Part shown: positions 25,001 through 27,194 of the stretch, in pieces
Numbering within the stretch: position 1 is the stretch's first letter
Layout: every line of letters starts with the position of its first letter
IMG/VR virus record: IMGVR_UViG_3300014656_002088
Span: 1-27,194 of that record
Reading direction: 5' to 3' (one strand)
Origin: a virus
Lineage: Duplodnaviria; Caudoviricetes
Length of the DNA: 27,194 bases
The notes under the pieces: generated by a model
What the model saw: the letters and a program-made list of their open reading frames with translations, nothing else
Databases searched by the model: none
Told to the model about the DNA's origin: nothing
Made by a program: the position numbers and the translations under genes

Positions 25001-25220
25001 CTTCTTCGCTAACAGGGGTTCCAGCAACCGCGAGAGGAAGATCATAAATCCGTTTATCGAAACCATCTAAGATAATAGATGAAATAGAAGCATAAGCTCG
25101 AACTAATTCTTCCTGAGTACGATAACTTCCAATAGAACGATTAGTTGCTAATCTTCCTAAAAGATGATTAACTTTACTTTCAACAAGTGGGAGTCTAGTA
25201 ATTCCTCTATATTTATCCAT
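22020..25220 (-). CDS. Putative virion structural protein (baseplate/tail-associated), paralog B
   Basis: 1066 aa. IDLAEGTVSLP, AIYDGNIDTW, VVFGDG...GSIP (baseplate wedge-like), repeated D(W/F/Y).VD...G.I.F units, C-terminal SPLVRALDIKVS. Confidence 0.65.
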   Translation of the reverse strand: MDKYRGITRLPLVESKVNHLLGRLATNRSIGSYRTQEELVRAYASISSIILDGFDKRIYDLPLAVAGTPVSEEALNLYLLGLYSEISYLLNAVKNTAEMAEENFNFAVARIRTLQAGIKYCRRHLSTYALYATQFGNTLHFGETFSTEVDLDRGSSLLGQEECFIDLAEGTVSLPRISGSDIWKIETVEVGSYSNGVLGSNVEAGTPTRGSIQAIYDGNIDTWTEYERVVDAEDLEGLTLELKIKLSDVQPVNGIKIHPIFLGARTPYSISEIKVSSDGRDWISLKDEVRVADFLDEDPEERYHLSPHSSRFSGEFNITFAPRFIKFLNISFNQTSAFPINDIYDVRRFRYVIAIKEIEIYGHKYSAVGELVSKPINFTKNISALGISSLIDPPFVPREVGGADYFISFDDGSSWSQVRSLDESDLNIPEVLYPETEVTSLRYKLHLFKDEMAFAQQTEDVPTKSFSEKVPWSARRPFVINLFHKPIEDTITICDPQVCSRGKLYPKTVLGYGVPSSITESAGGGYFRQGNIELRLKLPLQYVKDPSTIYLFVNNILWSRVATTANFSYFWDRQYVIERNLSPDSGKAGDWEVVFGDGEAENPTGSIPSSADEISLYLAEEASVVEGLAAPYKLKLEYPSDGIKENTIIRSFSGVFVGPTETLPSLATKINLQKKNVLVGEAYRGTFHPFKVSIRNASGFVFSTSSADSTPPGSGSFQNFKPFINGNSELLADGDWTVDAKEGIIYLWTATEANKEYTASYWWEDSYDLSLDDWNFVEGTLDEIEVYESGYKTLSDSSLIGTHATAGHTSMLISISSDIIKGIVKKSFKIEDGEIGGYRAYEIPFIDGRTEFLGRAKIQDESIPSLISDINSIVRFRLTHWQTLIPTSSPSFSDTTTYFIEEKSSLAGCTILGDYFFDATGIAGDGVGYIYLNIGSPGIPFIETITVSYQYADVLSTERMKGSFSIDASTGIVHFAQPLLAADLTKEISFKYTRYKTSYNISSVLTKEKDYLVNAEESKITVLTGAVGINQNFLMVNYKYQPEVTRTLDLAPYYSPLVRALDIKVS

Positions 25221-27194
25221 TTAACCACCTAACAGAATAAGCTCTCTTAAATAAGGAGAAATGCGAGTATTTAAAGTACTTGATCTAATTATAATTTGAA
25301 GACCAAGTTTACAACTTGACACAACTCCGGTTGTCCGTTGATTATTAAAAACATAAGTTTGGTATCTATCTAACTTTACCGTATGATCTTTATTTAACCA
25401 AACCTCAGAACCAGTCTCAAATGACCCTACAAGAGGCGTATAAGATACTTGATAGAACACTCCAGGCTGTGGACTTTGAACCTTGACGAGGCATTTAAGG
25501 GGATCAGAAACGATTCCTACGGGGGGGATTACACTCTCGAAAGTATCTCCATTATCTACAGATATTTGATAATCTAATCCTAATGTAAGCAGAGCATCAT
25601 CTTTATAAACTTCGAAGGTTTGAGAAAAATCTGGATAGAATCTTAAAAATCCAGTATTACGAATTAAAGTGGCACTCTGTAATTCAACTAGAAAAAGTTT
25701 TTCGTTAACAGACGAATCCCCATAAGATAAGATTGGAATAACTTCTTTATCGATAAGAGTATTATTGGAATCATAATTCTCTTTATGAATAAGAAACTCA
25801 ATATCGGTTTCTTGTCCGATTGGAAAGAATACATCAGAATAAAGAGCTAAAATATTTGGAGCCTTACTTAAAGTAAAAGACTCTGGTACGAAGAATCCAT
25901 TCGGAGTATATTCTCTCGATAATGTAGAAATTTCTTTTAATCCGAAAACATATTCTGCGAACCGAGCTTGTCTTCGATCTTCTACGGCGCTACCAATAAA
26001 TCCTAATTGTAATGGGACTTCCATTCCAGAAGCCCCACCATGATCTCTCATATAACCTCTAATACAATCTTCTAGAGGTGTACCTTTCTGCCATGATCCA
26101 ACATCTGCATCATAGTAAAAGAATTCTCCATCACCAGCAGTATCTTGTTGGAAAGTAATAATAAACTTCGAAACAATAATATCTCCAACTGGAATAATTT
26201 TCTTCTTATTAGGGAGAATCCAATCATCATCTTTCGAAAGACGAGATCCTAAATAACTTGAATGTTCAAATAAAAGATCTGTTTGTCCGGCATAATCAGA
26301 TCCAATCTGTAAATCAACCGTCTTTCCTCCAGAATCAACATAGAAGATCGATACAATCTTCATTGGAATATCAGATAGAGGATCTATTGAAATTGCGTTT
26401 ACTCTTTTCGCGCCGACAAAAGAAACTGAAAAAATTAAACGACAATAATCTGGATAATCAGGGATTAAGACTGAATGTCTCCAAGCAGTATCACGACTAT
26501 TATCGATTGCTTGAATAGGAGTATTATTACTTGTTGCTGTACTTAAAGCAGTTTGAGGAGTCGTCGAATCAGTTAGGATTTCAACTTCATCGAAAGTATC
26601 TTCATATTCACTATGACTTCTATCTATTCCTAAATGAAGTCCAGGTTCTCCAATTCCAGGAGGAGAGAACCATAACTTTTCATTCCCTCGACTATCTACA
26701 AATAAAGACGAGGTAAACGAATCGGTTACTGATGCACCAGGAACGGCAATAGCTCCACTAAACAACCATTGCTTTAGTACGCTAGAAAAACCAGTAAACT
26801 TTCTTGCTTCCAGAACTTCATATGCAGTTGTTTCTGATTCGAGTTCAGAAATAGATGATTCGATTACATCAAGATAATTTTCAGTAAGAATTCTATTATG
26901 AGCCCTAATCGCATTTCCAAGCTGTTCTGTTTCACCAAGAGCTGCTTCTAGATCAAGTTTAACAAGATCAATAAACGTTCTTACAACATCTGACTCTAAA
27001 AGATCTCCTTCCTGAAAAACGAAAACTGGAGTTCGTTGAGTTAACTCATCCTTTTTTACAAGAGAAACTAAGTCGGCTAACTTAGTTTCAAAATCAACTG
27101 CATTACGAATTTCTCCTCGATCTCTCATCTGAGAGAGAATTCTCATTATCTGTTTGGATTGAATTGCGTTTAAATTATTTAGAAAGCCTTTTAA
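25221..27194 (-). CDS. Putative virion structural protein, paralog A; start probably beyond the window
   Basis: The frame stays open upstream of the track's ATG at 27146 to the window edge (LKGFLNNLNAIQSKQI), with no clear SD before that ATG. AIDNSRDTAW, EYVFGLKEI, C-terminal SPYLRELILLGG. Confidence 0.6.
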   Translation of the reverse strand, partial: LKGFLNNLNAIQSKQIMRILSQMRDRGEIRNAVDFETKLADLVSLVKKDELTQRTPVFVFQEGDLLESDVVRTFIDLVKLDLEAALGETEQLGNAIRAHNRILTENYLDVIESSISELESETTAYEVLEARKFTGFSSVLKQWLFSGAIAVPGASVTDSFTSSLFVDSRGNEKLWFSPPGIGEPGLHLGIDRSHSEYEDTFDEVEILTDSTTPQTALSTATSNNTPIQAIDNSRDTAWRHSVLIPDYPDYCRLIFSVSFVGAKRVNAISIDPLSDIPMKIVSIFYVDSGGKTVDLQIGSDYAGQTDLLFEHSSYLGSRLSKDDDWILPNKKKIIPVGDIIVSKFIITFQQDTAGDGEFFYYDADVGSWQKGTPLEDCIRGYMRDHGGASGMEVPLQLGFIGSAVEDRRQARFAEYVFGLKEISTLSREYTPNGFFVPESFTLSKAPNILALYSDVFFPIGQETDIEFLIHKENYDSNNTLIDKEVIPILSYGDSSVNEKLFLVELQSATLIRNTGFLRFYPDFSQTFEVYKDDALLTLGLDYQISVDNGDTFESVIPPVGIVSDPLKCLVKVQSPQPGVFYQVSYTPLVGSFETGSEVWLNKDHTVKLDRYQTYVFNNQRTTGVVSSCKLGLQIIIRSSTLNTRISPYLRELILLGG

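Larger units (their letters stand above)
1..27194 (-). mobile_element. Segment of a probable large tailed bacteriophage genome (structural genes, glycan cluster, nuclease/sigma-like genes, holin-like genes)
   Basis: All genes are co-directional and tightly packed. The window has a tailspike-like protein, large virion-type proteins, a T7 endo I-like nuclease, a truncated sigma-like protein, holin-like proteins and three inteins, and no housekeeping genes. No capsid, terminase or integrase is visible, so free phage and prophage cannot be distinguished. Confidence 0.8.

Noticed and set aside
25521-25527. G7 run (C7 on the coding strand) in structural paralog A
   Set aside because: Explained by Ile-Pro-Pro codons and too short to argue for phase variation.
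7096-26716. Short plus-strand ORFs (7096..7281, 11121..11306, 15577..15840, 19584..19796, 26258..26518, 26531..26716)
   Set aside because: All lie wholly antisense within well-supported minus-strand genes and have no recognisable motifs.
1-27194. Stop-codon reassignment as seen in some large phages
   Set aside because: Genes are full length under the standard code, and TAA, TAG and TGA all occur as terminal stops.
1-27194. CRISPR array, tRNA/rRNA, diversity-generating retroelement, self-splicing introns
   Set aside because: No intergenic gap exceeds about 80 nt, no repeat array or reverse transcriptase was seen, and the three insertions are in frame with intein termini.

Overview
A gene-dense, AT-rich segment with every credible gene on the minus strand, many joined by TAATG/TAGTG or short overlaps. 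It is best read as part of the late region of a large tailed phage (inference). In transcription order (right to left) it carries: three large paralogous virion-type proteins and a beta-helix tailspike-like protein; an HExxH metallopeptidase; a 12-gene glycan synthesis and decoration cluster; a T7 endonuclease I-like nuclease and a divergent sigma-70-like protein; and two small holin-like membrane proteins. The cluster comprises a GT9, four GT-B/GT4-type glycosyltransferases, a SAM methyltransferase, a Gfo/Idh/MocA dehydrogenase, two hexapeptide acetyltransferases, a sulfotransferase-like protein, a DegT aminotransferase and GDP-mannose 4,6-dehydratase (GMD). It has no priming transferase, flippase or polymerase in this window and follows the structural genes, which suggests a phage-encoded system for glycosylating a soluble acceptor such as virion proteins. 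Three LAGLIDADG inteins interrupt it: two in GMD and one in the GT9. One GMD intein appears to begin with Thr rather than Cys/Ser. All calls come from motif recognition by eye; no database searches were run.
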